From Deltaproteobacteria bacterium (GTDB lineage: Bacteria > Lernaellota > Lernaellaia > JACKCT01), in NCBI GenBank assembly GCA_020633895.1, contig JACKCT010000005.1, positions 1 to 64,000 on the forward strand: DNA of 64,000 nucleotides. The letters are read 5' to 3'. This document shows, piece by piece, positions 10,700 to 19,292 of this stretch (position 1 is the first letter of the stretch; the number at the start of each line of letters is the position of its first letter). Under the pieces are notes generated by a model that saw nothing but the letters and a program-made list of their open reading frames with translations, had not been told where the DNA came from and ran no database searches. A program made the translations under genes and the position numbers.

Positions 10700-11851
10700 T
10701 TATACCTTCAGATCCGAGCTTTTGTAGTAAATGCGAGCGACCCGGTGGTTGATGTTCGTGAAGATCTCGTAGGGGATCGTGCCGCAGTGCTCGGCCAATT
10801 CGTTGGCCAGGATGCGTTGGCCGTTTTGCTCGCCGATAAGCACCACGTCGTCGCCCACGGTCGCGTCGGGCACCTCGGAGACATCCAACATGGTCATATC
10901 CATGCACACATTTCCGACGATGGGAACCCGTTTGCCGTGCACGAGGGCATGGCCCTTGTTGGAGAGCAGGCGGTTGAGGCCGTCGGCGTAGCCCATGGGG
11001 ATGGTCGCGATGATGGACGCCCGGGGCGTCTGATAGGTGCCTTCGTAGCTGATCAGCGATCCCTTGGGCACCTTTTTGACCTGCGTGATTTTGGTGCTCA
11101 AGGTGAGAACCGGCTTGAGGTCGATGAAGGTGCGAAACTCCGGGCTGGGATAGGAGCCGTAGAGGATGACGCCCGCGCGGATCATGTTGAACGGCGGCTT
11201 GGGCACGGCGATGGACCCGGCGCTGTTGGCGAAATGAATGATGGGCGGCTCGATGCCCTCGGCGGCCAGATCCTCGACCACCTTGGTGAAGTTCTTGTAC
11301 TGGTGCCAATAATACTCGCCCACATCCGCCTTGACGGTCGCCAGGTGGCTCATGAGGCCTTCGATGTAGAGCACCTTCGAATCGCGGATCATCTTGGCCA
11401 CCGCGACCGCCTCGTGGGGCTGCAAACCGATGCGGTTCATGCCCGTGTCGATCTTCAGATGCACCGGCCGGTTCTTCACGCCCAGGTTGCGGAACTGGCG
11501 GATGGTGGCCTCGGCGTTGGCCCGGCTGATGATCACCGGCGTGAGGTTGTAGGCCATGGTCTTTTCGGCCTCGCCGAAGTAGATGCCGCCCAGCACGACG
11601 ATCGGCCTGGTGATGCCCCCCTCCCGCAGGCGCACCCCTTCCTCGGAAAACGCCACGCCGAACGCCGACGCGCCCAAACGTTCCAGGTTACTGGCGTAGG
11701 CCACCGCGCCGTGGCCGTAGGCGTCCGCCTTGACCACGCCCATGATCTGAATGTCGTCGCCCAGATGGCGCTGAATGGCCCGATAGTTGTTTTCCAAGGC
11801 GTCGATATCCACCTTGGCGAAAGTCGGGCGTGCGGTGTACTGCGTGAACAT
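10700..11851 (-). CDS. alr: Alanine racemase
   Basis: N-terminal PLP-lysine motif …VVKADAYGHG…, plus C-terminal …VCMDMTMLDV… and …IPYEIFTNINHRV… motifs; 383 aa. Confidence 0.9.
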   Translation of the reverse strand: MFTQYTARPTFAKVDIDALENNYRAIQRHLGDDIQIMGVVKADAYGHGAVAYASNLERLGASAFGVAFSEEGVRLREGGITRPIVVLGGIYFGEAEKTMAYNLTPVIISRANAEATIRQFRNLGVKNRPVHLKIDTGMNRIGLQPHEAVAVAKMIRDSKVLYIEGLMSHLATVKADVGEYYWHQYKNFTKVVEDLAAEGIEPPIIHFANSAGSIAVPKPPFNMIRAGVILYGSYPSPEFRTFIDLKPVLTLSTKITQVKKVPKGSLISYEGTYQTPRASIIATIPMGYADGLNRLLSNKGHALVHGKRVPIVGNVCMDMTMLDVSEVPDATVGDDVVLIGEQNGQRILANELAEHCGTIPYEIFTNINHRVARIYYKSSDLKV

Positions 11852-11886
11852 AATCCTGGTCCTATGAATGCAAGACGGGCGATCGG

Positions 11887-12717
11887 CTAAAGCTCGTCGA
11901 GAATCTCCCGGCGCTTGGCCTCGAATTCCTCGTCGGAGATCAAGCCCTGATCGTGAAGATTTTGGAGCTCCTGCAGCCGTTCGGCGGTGGTGCGTTCTTC
12001 TTGGGGAAGTACGGGTGTCGGCGTCGGCGCGGGAGCCGCGGCGGCGTCGGTCTTGACCGGCATGTCGGGCAGGGCGGCCACGTCGACCACCAACCAGTTG
12101 TCGTGTTCCTTGCGTCGGTAGTCGTCCGAGGGCTCCACGGCCGGCGGGCCGTAGAACGAGCCGGGGTCCAGTTTGTAATTCATCAGGGAGAACTTGGAGC
12201 GCGGATCGCCCGGATAGGCTTCCTCGTCCTTATGCAGCTCCAGCCGGAAGTTGCCCAGCACCAGATTCAGCCGGCCGTCTTCGACCCAGAACCAACCGGT
12301 CGCCAGGCGCTTGGACTTGAAGAGCAGGTCGCGTTTGTAGGACGTTACCTCGAAACGCACCCACTGGTTTGACGTGGCCTTGGCCAGGGCCTGACTGACC
12401 GGCTTGGCGAGCTTGGCGACCTCCTGGTCGTCGAAGACCTCGTTCTTCTTGCGCCATTCGAAAAAGACGTACTCGGAATAGGTCAGACTGGACAGCCAGG
12501 CGGCGAGCTTTTTTTCGTCCACCTGGGCCGGATGGTCGTAGGAGGCCTCGACGACGTTGCCGTCCTTGTCGGTTTCCCAGGCCAGCTCGATCACGTCCAG
12601 GTCGTCCCGGTAGACCTCCGAGGATTTGATCCCCGCCTTGGTGCAGGACGACACCATCAGGGCCGCCAGGGCCAGGATCAGCAGCCGACGCGCATTGCCG
12701 CGGATTCGGAGCGACAT
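11887..12717 (-). CDS. Lipoprotein with C-terminal SHOCT domain
   Basis: The ATG at 12717 gives MSLRIRGNARRLLILALAALMVSSC, a type II signal peptide with lipobox. The C-terminal …RLQELQNLHDQGLISDEEFEAKRREIL matches the short C-terminal SHOCT motif. The track ORF begins 22 codons upstream. Confidence 0.6.
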   Translation of the reverse strand: MSLRIRGNARRLLILALAALMVSSCTKAGIKSSEVYRDDLDVIELAWETDKDGNVVEASYDHPAQVDEKKLAAWLSSLTYSEYVFFEWRKKNEVFDDQEVAKLAKPVSQALAKATSNQWVRFEVTSYKRDLLFKSKRLATGWFWVEDGRLNLVLGNFRLELHKDEEAYPGDPRSKFSLMNYKLDPGSFYGPPAVEPSDDYRRKEHDNWLVVDVAALPDMPVKTDAAAAPAPTPTPVLPQEERTTAERLQELQNLHDQGLISDEEFEAKRREILDEL

Positions 12718-12764
12718 TTTTTGAAGACTCCCGCGTCCATGGGGCGAGATCGATCCAAGGCGAT

Positions 12765-12812
12765 CGAGCTTAGTCAAAGTCAAGCTTGGTCAAAATCGAG
12801 CTTGGTAAAGCG
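12765..12812 (-). promoter_or_regulatory. Three tandem 16-nt repeats (minus-strand reading …TTTGACCAAGCT…) in the upstream region of the SHOCT-lipoprotein gene
   Basis: CGAGCTTAGTCAAAGT / CAAGCTTGGTCAAAAT / CGAGCTTGGTAAAGCG on the plus strand, 48-95 nt upstream of the ATG at 12717. Each unit carries a TTGAC(C/T) -35-like hexamer on the coding strand. Confidence 0.45.
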
Positions 12813-12888
12813 GGCGAATTTTAGCGGCCCGTCCCTACAAAAGCAACAAAACCGGCCCTGACGCGATTCGGCGCGGGAGAGGACGGCT

Positions 12889-13392
12889 TTAGGGACTGGG
12901 CGCGGCGGCCTTGCTCAGGTCCACGTCGATCTTGTCGCCCACCGCCACTCCGGCCTTGGCGAAGTAGCCGTCGTTGGCCTCGATGACATAGCGAACGGCC
13001 GACGGCGGCGAGTGTTGGGACTCGTCGTGGGGCTTCATATGGGCGATATGCACCACGGTGCCGTCCTCGGCGACGAAGGCGGCCGACAGAGGGATATAGG
13101 TGTTGCGCATCCAGAATCCCACGACCTGGGGCGGGTCGAAGACGAAAATCATGCCGTGATCCTCGGGCATCGACTGGCGGTTCATCAGGCCGACCCGCCG
13201 CGTTTCGGGCGTCTGGGCGATCTCCACGGTCAGAGTCTTGTGCCCGACCTTGAGCCCGACCGTCAGCAGATCCTTGTTAACCTCCACCTCGGCCGCCCGG
13301 GCGAAACCGGCGAACGCGAGCAAGGCAACGACGGCGAAAAGGACGATGGCGGCGCGGGGGGACCGCTTGGCGGTCGGATTCCGGGATTTCAT
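12889..13392 (-). CDS. Secreted DUF192-family protein
   Basis: Signal peptide, then …RRVGLMNRQSMPEDHGMIFVF…VGFWMRNTYIPLSAAFV…, typical of DUF192 (COG1430). Confidence 0.6.
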   Translation of the reverse strand: MKSRNPTAKRSPRAAIVLFAVVALLAFAGFARAAEVEVNKDLLTVGLKVGHKTLTVEIAQTPETRRVGLMNRQSMPEDHGMIFVFDPPQVVGFWMRNTYIPLSAAFVAEDGTVVHIAHMKPHDESQHSPPSAVRYVIEANDGYFAKAGVAVGDKIDVDLSKAAAPSP

Positions 13393-13544
13393 CCATCCAT
13401 GGTAAAACGGGGGCTGGAAGCGATCAAGCGCGGGGCCATGGAGCGGCCGCCCGTCGCAATCGCCGGCAGTCGTCTCATCGGATCGAGGCGCGAGGGAACG
13501 AGTCCCGATTGTTGAAGGTCAAGTTGAAGATAAAGATTGACACG

Positions 13545-14126
13545 ATGTCGATCTCGCTCGGCCTGGTCGCGGCGTGCGTCGCCGGCCTGGTCGCGATGTC
13601 GCTGGCGTGCGGACCGGAAGAGGAGCCCGCGACCGTAACGGTGTCCGAGGAGTCGGACCGGGACGGCCTGGATTCCACCGATCCGGAGCCGACCTGCGAC
13701 TCGACGATGACGCTGTATGCCTCGGCCTGTCGCTTGGAGACGGGGGACTGGTCCACCCTGGACGCCCTGGAGGACTGTCGGGAAGGCGCGGACGCCTTCT
13801 GGGAGTGTCTTTTTGCCTGCGCCGACGGCTCGTCCGTGGAATGCGAGGACCTGGGCACGTGCGCGGTGGATTGCCCGGACGCGCCTTGGGAGGACGGCGA
13901 CGGGGACGACGATGACGCCGATCTCCCCTTGGACGACGATACCGATGACGACACGGCCGACGACGACACCGAGGCCGTGAGCTGCGAATGTGAATGCGTT
14001 TGCGACATCGGATCCTCCCATGTGGACTGCGAGGACGCCGCCGCCTGCGGCGACTGCTCCTCCGAATGCCAACGTCTCTGCCCGGCCCTGGGCGGAACAT
14101 TCGTGTCGGCCGACGGCGATTGCTGA
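13545..14126 (+). CDS. Small Cys-rich acidic lipoprotein with poly-Asp tract
   Basis: The ATG at 13545 gives MSISLGLVAACVAGLVAMSLACG (lipobox). About 24 Cys sit in CxC/CxxC patterns, and a central tract reads …DGDGDDDDADLPLDDDTDDDTADDDTE…. GC3 bias is strong on this strand. The opposite-strand ORFs (13389..14165 and 13475..16597) are Arg/Gly-rich junk. Confidence 0.5.
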   Translation: MSISLGLVAACVAGLVAMSLACGPEEEPATVTVSEESDRDGLDSTDPEPTCDSTMTLYASACRLETGDWSTLDALEDCREGADAFWECLFACADGSSVECEDLGTCAVDCPDAPWEDGDGDDDDADLPLDDDTDDDTADDDTEAVSCECECVCDIGSSHVDCEDAAACGDCSSECQRLCPALGGTFVSADGDC

Positions 14127-14374
14127 CATCTTCCGGAACCGGAACGCCGTTGCCCGGTGTCCCATCGATCGTCCGGGCCCGAATTTCCCGTCCGGGCCGA
14201 CACCCTACCCAAGGCGCATCGCAAATCGTAAGATCGGGCGCGATCAAGGAGCGGAATTTGCGCAAATTTGCATTTGAAAGTGCCCCGGCGAGCCGGGGAC
14301 GTCGCCCGTCTCGTCCCGAATCGAACAACGCCGATGGGGAACGCCGCGTCTTTCGGACGTGGTGGATCCCGGTG

Positions 14375-16129
14375 ATGGCGGCGGTGTTGCTCCTTTCCGG
14401 GTGCGCGACCCATCGCCCCATGACCTCCTCGGAGCTGGACACGTTGCGGTCCATGACCGGACTGAACGACGAAGTGCGCCGCCGGGAGATCTATTACGAA
14501 TACCTGCTGGCCGAAAACGCGCTGATCAACGGCGAGTTCGACGACGCCCGCGTCCACTACGAACGCATCGTCTTTTTGGACGACGAGCGCCCCGACGCCC
14601 ATCGCACCCTGGCTCGCCTGCAGGTTCACCAGGGGGATTTGGACGCGGCGCTGCGCCACTCGCGCCGGGCCTACGAGTTGGATCCGGACGACCAGGAAAA
14701 CTCCAACCTGTTGGCCAGCCTGTTTTCGTCCACCGGCCAATTGGACGACGCCATCGCGATCTACCGCGAGGTTCTCGCCAAGCATCCCCAGGACACGGAT
14801 ACGGCCACGCAGCTTGCCGGCCTGCTGATGCTCAAAAAGGACACTGAGGGCGCCCGCGAGGTCCTGGAAAACGTTATCAGCTACGATCCGCACAACCCGG
14901 CGGCGCTGTTTGAACTGGGGCGCATCGCGCTGTTGGAGAAGGACTGCGACACCGCGCGGCCGTATCTGTACAAGGCGCTGACCGCGAACCCGAACCTGGA
15001 TCGGGCGGAGATCGCGCTGGGCTCGTGCGCCGAGTTGGAAGGCGACGAGGAGCGGGCGATCCGCCACTACGAGCGGGCGCTCAAGTTGGCGCCGGACAAC
15101 ACGGTCCTTCGCTCCCACCTGGTCCGGATGCACCTGCGAGGCAACCGCCTGGAAGACGCGTCGCGGGAGAACGAGCGCCTCAAGTTCTTCCAATTCGACG
15201 AGCAGGATATCCGCATGACCCGCGGCGTGATCTACTACCAGCAAGGCCGGTTTGACGAGGCGCTGGTGGAGTTCAACCTGGTGCTCGGCGGCAACGAGGA
15301 CAACGACCGCGCCCTCTACCTGCGCGGGCTGACGCAGACGCGGCTGTCCCAGTTCGACAAGGCGATGGAGTCTTACGAAGCCATCGACAAGAACGACGAG
15401 TATTACGTCGACGCGCTGGCGGCGCGGGCGTCGTTGCTGCGTCGGTTGGGCAAGTTCGAGGAGGCGGCGGACCTGCTGCGCAAGGCCCTCAAAGTCACCC
15501 CCGACGACCCCTACCTGATGCGTACCCTGGCGATCGTGACCGCCGACCTGGGCAAGCTCAAGGAAGCCATCGGCATCATGGAAGACGCCATGAAGATCGC
15601 GCCCGAGGACTTCAACCTGCATTACAGCCTGGCGAATATCTACGAGCGGGCGGGGCAGTGGAAGAAGGGCGTGGAGATCATGGAGGAGGTCTTGGCAAAA
15701 GACCCTGAAAATGCCGACGCCCTCAATTTCATCGGCTACACCTTGGCCGAACGGGGCCTGGAACTCGACCGGGCCGAGAAACTGCTCAAGAAGGCGACCG
15801 AACTGCGGCCCACCGACGGGTTCATCATGGACTCCTACGGCTGGCTGCTCTACCAAAAAGGTCGCTATCAGGAGGCGGTGAAAGTGCTGGAAGCGGCGTT
15901 TCGCCTGGTGCCCGACGAGCCGGTGATGGCCGACCACGTGGGCGACGCCTACCGCGCCCTGGGCGACGAGAACACGGCGCTGCATTACTACACCCGGGCC
16001 CTGGAACTGCATCCCGAGGCGGACCTGATCGAACCCCTGCGACGCAAGGTGATTGAGCTTGGCGGCAACCCGGACGAGGTCAAAACCACGCCGGACACGG
16101 ACGACGATGACGACGACGCGATCGAATAA
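14375..16129 (+). CDS. TPR-repeat lipoprotein
   Basis: At least 12 tetratricopeptide repeats (…AIAIYREVLAKHPQDTDTATQLAGLL…, …HYERALKLAPDNTVLRSHL…). The N-terminus MAAVLLLSGC is lipobox-like. Start uncertain between ATG 14375 and GTG 14372. Supersedes the 1040-aa antisense ORF 13475..16597. Confidence 0.8.
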   Translation: MAAVLLLSGCATHRPMTSSELDTLRSMTGLNDEVRRREIYYEYLLAENALINGEFDDARVHYERIVFLDDERPDAHRTLARLQVHQGDLDAALRHSRRAYELDPDDQENSNLLASLFSSTGQLDDAIAIYREVLAKHPQDTDTATQLAGLLMLKKDTEGAREVLENVISYDPHNPAALFELGRIALLEKDCDTARPYLYKALTANPNLDRAEIALGSCAELEGDEERAIRHYERALKLAPDNTVLRSHLVRMHLRGNRLEDASRENERLKFFQFDEQDIRMTRGVIYYQQGRFDEALVEFNLVLGGNEDNDRALYLRGLTQTRLSQFDKAMESYEAIDKNDEYYVDALAARASLLRRLGKFEEAADLLRKALKVTPDDPYLMRTLAIVTADLGKLKEAIGIMEDAMKIAPEDFNLHYSLANIYERAGQWKKGVEIMEEVLAKDPENADALNFIGYTLAERGLELDRAEKLLKKATELRPTDGFIMDSYGWLLYQKGRYQEAVKVLEAAFRLVPDEPVMADHVGDAYRALGDENTALHYYTRALELHPEADLIEPLRRKVIELGGNPDEVKTTPDTDDDDDDAIE

Positions 16130-16925
16130 AGGCGCCTTGCGGCGCGCGTTGACCGTCGCCGTCGCGCTGGGGCTGTTGGCCGCCGGATGCGCCAAGCAGC
16201 CGCCGTCCGCCGCGAAGCCCATGGACCTGCCGGCCGACACGGATTTCGGCGAGGCGATCGTCGCGCGGGCCAAGCCGTACACCGCGATGGGCAAGGTGAA
16301 GATCGAGGGGGCAAACCTGCCCTGGGCCGACGCGGATATTCTGGTGCATCCCGAGCAGGGAGTGCGGATCGACGCGTTCTCGCCGGTGATGACGCCCATC
16401 GCGTCGGTGGCGCTGCGTCCCAACGGCGCCGAGTTCCTCAACTTCCGCAATCTGGTGCTGACCAAGGGCGATCCCGCCGCCGTGACCGAGGCGATGCTGG
16501 GCGTGCCCATGGATACGCGGGCGCTGCCGTGGCTGCTGGCCGGAAGCCTGCCGCCGATGGGCGACGGATGGCATCTGCAAAAAATGCGTCCCGGCATGGA
16601 AGCGGGAGAAGTGCTGATGCAGGCCTACGGCGAGGACGTGGTCTACGATGCGATCGTCGTGCGCGAGACCGGCGCGGTGCGTCGTTTCGAGGCGCGCTAC
16701 GGCCAACTCGGTTCGGGCGATCCCTATCTGACCGTCGAGCTTTCCGCGCACGACCCCGGCGAGATTCCCGTCCCCCACGATTTGCGTCTGGTCACGGATC
16801 AGCGGCCCGAGGCGTTGCTGATTCACCTGAAGAAAATCGATTTTTCCGACATGCCGCTGGATATCGAGTTCGTCATCCTGCCCAACAACGACACCCACGT
16901 CATCGACCTGAATGCCCGGCGCTAG
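16107..16925 (+). CDS. Outer-membrane lipoprotein, LolB/LolA-like
   Basis: Lipoprotein signal (…ALGLLAAGC). The …GVPMDTRALPWLLAGSLPP… block resembles the LolA/LolB signature, and the gene follows a TPR lipoprotein as lolB does in several proteobacteria. Identity is an inference. Its start overlaps the TPR gene by 23 nt. Confidence 0.45.
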   Translation: MTTTRSNKGALRRALTVAVALGLLAAGCAKQPPSAAKPMDLPADTDFGEAIVARAKPYTAMGKVKIEGANLPWADADILVHPEQGVRIDAFSPVMTPIASVALRPNGAEFLNFRNLVLTKGDPAAVTEAMLGVPMDTRALPWLLAGSLPPMGDGWHLQKMRPGMEAGEVLMQAYGEDVVYDAIVVRETGAVRRFEARYGQLGSGDPYLTVELSAHDPGEIPVPHDLRLVTDQRPEALLIHLKKIDFSDMPLDIEFVILPNNDTHVIDLNARR

Positions 16926-17922
16926 GCCCGAATCCCTGCCCCGAACATCCGCGGCCGACGCGCCGCTGCTGAGCGTGCGAGACCTGTCGGTGCAATTTGC
17001 CGTCGACGGCCGGGTCGCCGACGCGGTGTCGGGGATCGATTTTTCCATCGCGCCGGGCGAGCGCTTCGGTTTGGTGGGCGAGTCGGGATCGGGCAAATCG
17101 GTTTCGGCGCGGGCGGTGATGGGACTTCTGCGCGGGCGCGGACTGCGTGTCGGCGGACAGGCCCATCTGGCGGACGCGGGGGATCTGTTGTCGATGAGCG
17201 GCGCGGCTCTGCGCCGTCTGCGCGGGCGGGACGTGGCGATGGTCTTTCAGGATCCCATGACCTATCTGAATCCGACGATGCGCGTGGGCGAGCAGATCGC
17301 CGAGGTGCTGCGCTACAAGCAGGGCGCGAGTCGGGACGCGGCACGCAAGGCGGCGGTGGAATTGCTCGAACGCGTGCGCATTCCCGACGCGGCGGCGCGG
17401 GCGCGATCTTATCCGTGGCAGTTGTCCGGCGGGATGCGCCAGCGGGTGCTCATCGCCCAGGCGCTGGCGTGTCGGCCGCGATTGCTCATCGCCGACGAGC
17501 CGACGACGGCCCTGGACGCGGACGTGCGCGACCGCATTCTCGAATTGCTCGACGAATTGGTCCGCGAACTGGGCACGGCGGTGTGGCTGATCAGCCATGA
17601 TCTGCATGTGGTCGGGTCGTTTTGCTCGCGCACGGCGGTGATGTATGCCGGACGCATCGTCGAGGCGGGGCCGACCGAGCGCGTGATGGAAAGCCCGGCC
17701 CACCCGTACACCCGCGCGTTGCTGGCCGCCTCCAAGGCGCTGGACGACGGGCGCATCGAGCCGGTTATCTCCGGCCAGATCCACCCGCCCACACGCCATC
17801 CCACCGGCTGCCGCTTCCATCCCCGCTGTCCCGAGGTGGACGCGAAGTGCGCGGCGACAAATCCGGATTTCGTCGACGTTGTCGAGGGACACCGGGCGGC
17901 TTGTTGGAGACTGCAAGGCTAG
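16912..17922 (+). CDS. ABC transporter ATP-binding protein, oligopeptide/dipeptide (DppD/OppD) type, orphan
   Basis: Walker A GESGSGKS, signature LSGGMRQR, Walker B LLIADEPTTALD, and the C-terminal oligopeptide-type extension (…HPYTRALL…CRFHPRCP…). No cognate permease or substrate-binding genes lie within 20 kb. Overlaps the preceding gene by 14 nt. Confidence 0.85.
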   Translation: MPGARPESLPRTSAADAPLLSVRDLSVQFAVDGRVADAVSGIDFSIAPGERFGLVGESGSGKSVSARAVMGLLRGRGLRVGGQAHLADAGDLLSMSGAALRRLRGRDVAMVFQDPMTYLNPTMRVGEQIAEVLRYKQGASRDAARKAAVELLERVRIPDAAARARSYPWQLSGGMRQRVLIAQALACRPRLLIADEPTTALDADVRDRILELLDELVRELGTAVWLISHDLHVVGSFCSRTAVMYAGRIVEAGPTERVMESPAHPYTRALLAASKALDDGRIEPVISGQIHPPTRHPTGCRFHPRCPEVDAKCAATNPDFVDVVEGHRAACWRLQG

Positions 17923-17923
17923 T

Positions 17924-17990
17924 GGGTGCCACACTTTCACGTCGACACCGTCGACGGGAAGGCGTGAACTTTCAGAGCAGCGATCACATC
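17924..17990. repeat. Family F1 element, half copy, fused to a CTTCAGAGCC repeat array
   Basis: GGGTGCCACACTTTCACGTCGACACCGTCGACGGGAAGGCGTGAACTTTCAGAGC… starts 2 nt after the ABC ATPase stop. Contains the GTCGACACCGTCGAC palindrome. Confidence 0.55.
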
Positions 17991-18015
17991 CCTTCAGAGC
18001 CCCGACCACATTCCT

Positions 18016-18228
18016 TCAGAGCCCCGAACGGTAGTGAGAGGTCCGGTACGATTCGGTACGCCGCGTACGTTGTTCGGTTTATCGCGGGTTCGGTGCCGGG
18101 GCGAGGCCAACCGCTCACTACCCACCTTCGCCAAGGCTGCGGCGGGCAAACGGTTCGCGGCTTTGTTGGGTCGGGATCGCCATCGACAACGTTCGAGTTT
18201 GACCCCTCACTACCGTTCGGGGCTCTGA
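18016..18228. repeat. MITE-like element with 26-bp terminal inverted repeats (TCAGAGCCCCGAACGGTAGTGAGAGG … CCCCTCACTACCGTTCGGGGCTCTGA)
   Basis: The terminal inverted repeats match 25/26. Internal sequence (…CCAACCGCTCACTACCCACCTTCGCCAAGGCTGCGGC…) is homologous to the 37081-37230 and 49150-49240 copies. The right TIR overlaps the last 19 nt of the ankyrin gene. Confidence 0.65.
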
Positions 18229-19292
18229 CACGTCTCATTCCGCCGCTCGAGCATGTCCGCCGCCGCGTCATGTCCCGCCTTGCGCGCTTCGTCGGCGGGG
18301 GTGCGTCCGGAGGCGCTGACGATGGCCCGATCGGCGCCGGCGTCGAGGAGCAAGCGGATCACGTCGGCAAAACCGCGAAACGCCGCCCGGTGCAGCGGCG
18401 CGTTGCCGAATCGGTCGACGGCGTTGACGTCCGCGCCCCGCGCGATCAGATCGCGGCAGATCGACGTGTGCCCCATCAACGCCGCCACGTGCAGCAGCGT
18501 GATTCCCAGATGATCCACCGCGCGCACGTCCACGCCGTGCGTCATCAGATATTCGGCCATCGCCGCGTCGTGCATGGCCGCCTCTTGATGCAGCGGCGTC
18601 TGCTCGTCGTCGTTTCGCGCGTTGACGTCCGCGCCGCTTTCGAGCAATTCCCGCACCCGCGCGACATCGCCCGCCGCCGCCGCGTCATGCAGTGTCAGCG
18701 GTTCGGCCGTCGCCCCCGCCAATTCCAGCACCCGCGCCGCCTCCGTCCTCCGCAGTCGCCGGGCCTCGTACAGGGGCGTGCGCCCGTCGGCGTTTGTCGC
18801 GCCCACGTCCGCGCCCCGGTCGATCAATTTCGCCACCGTGGACGCATGGCCCATCATCGCCGCCAGGTGCAGCGGCGTCTGTCCGCGCCCGTCGGGGGTT
18901 GTCGCCTTCGCCCCACGTTCGAGGAGCAAGTTCGTCGCCTGCGTTGCGCCGAGAGCAGCGGCCTTGTGCAACGGCGTGGCGCCGAATCGGTCGACGGCGT
19001 GGGGATCGGCCCCGGCGGACAACAGCAACGACGCGACCGGCAGGCGGTCGTCCCGCGCGGCCCGATGCAGCGCCGTCGCCCCGTTTTTGTCGGTCCCGTC
19101 CAGCGGCGCGCCCAGGTCGAGCAGCACCGTGACCATCTCCAGGTTGTCGTCGTCCGTCGCCCGATGCAGCAGCGGCCGGCCCTTGGCGTCCGTGTCGTCG
19201 ACGCGGGCATGGCGCTCCACGACCCGTCGCCGAAGAGCTTCCGCGTCCCCCTCGTCGAGAAGGCGGTCCAGGCCGGACTCGCCGTGCGTCAT
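18210..19292 (-). CDS. Ankyrin-repeat protein (about 9 ANK repeats)
   Basis: Repeated …G.TPLH.AA..GH..vv.LLl..GAd.na.d… units throughout its 360 aa. The ATG at 19292 overlaps the upstream stop (TGATG). Its last 6 codons lie inside a repeat-element terminal inverted repeat. Confidence 0.85.
   Translation of the reverse strand: MTHGESGLDRLLDEGDAEALRRRVVERHARVDDTDAKGRPLLHRATDDDNLEMVTVLLDLGAPLDGTDKNGATALHRAARDDRLPVASLLLSAGADPHAVDRFGATPLHKAAALGATQATNLLLERGAKATTPDGRGQTPLHLAAMMGHASTVAKLIDRGADVGATNADGRTPLYEARRLRRTEAARVLELAGATAEPLTLHDAAAAGDVARVRELLESGADVNARNDDEQTPLHQEAAMHDAAMAEYLMTHGVDVRAVDHLGITLLHVAALMGHTSICRDLIARGADVNAVDRFGNAPLHRAAFRGFADVIRLLLDAGADRAIVSASGRTPADEARKAGHDAAADMLERRNETCQSPER

Noticed and set aside
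13475-16597. 1040-aa minus-strand ORF, the longest in the track for this region
   Set aside because: The translation is Arg/Gly/Ala-rich low-complexity with no motifs. It is antisense to a well-supported TPR lipoprotein gene and a LolB-like gene on the plus strand. This is a typical long open antisense frame in high-GC DNA.
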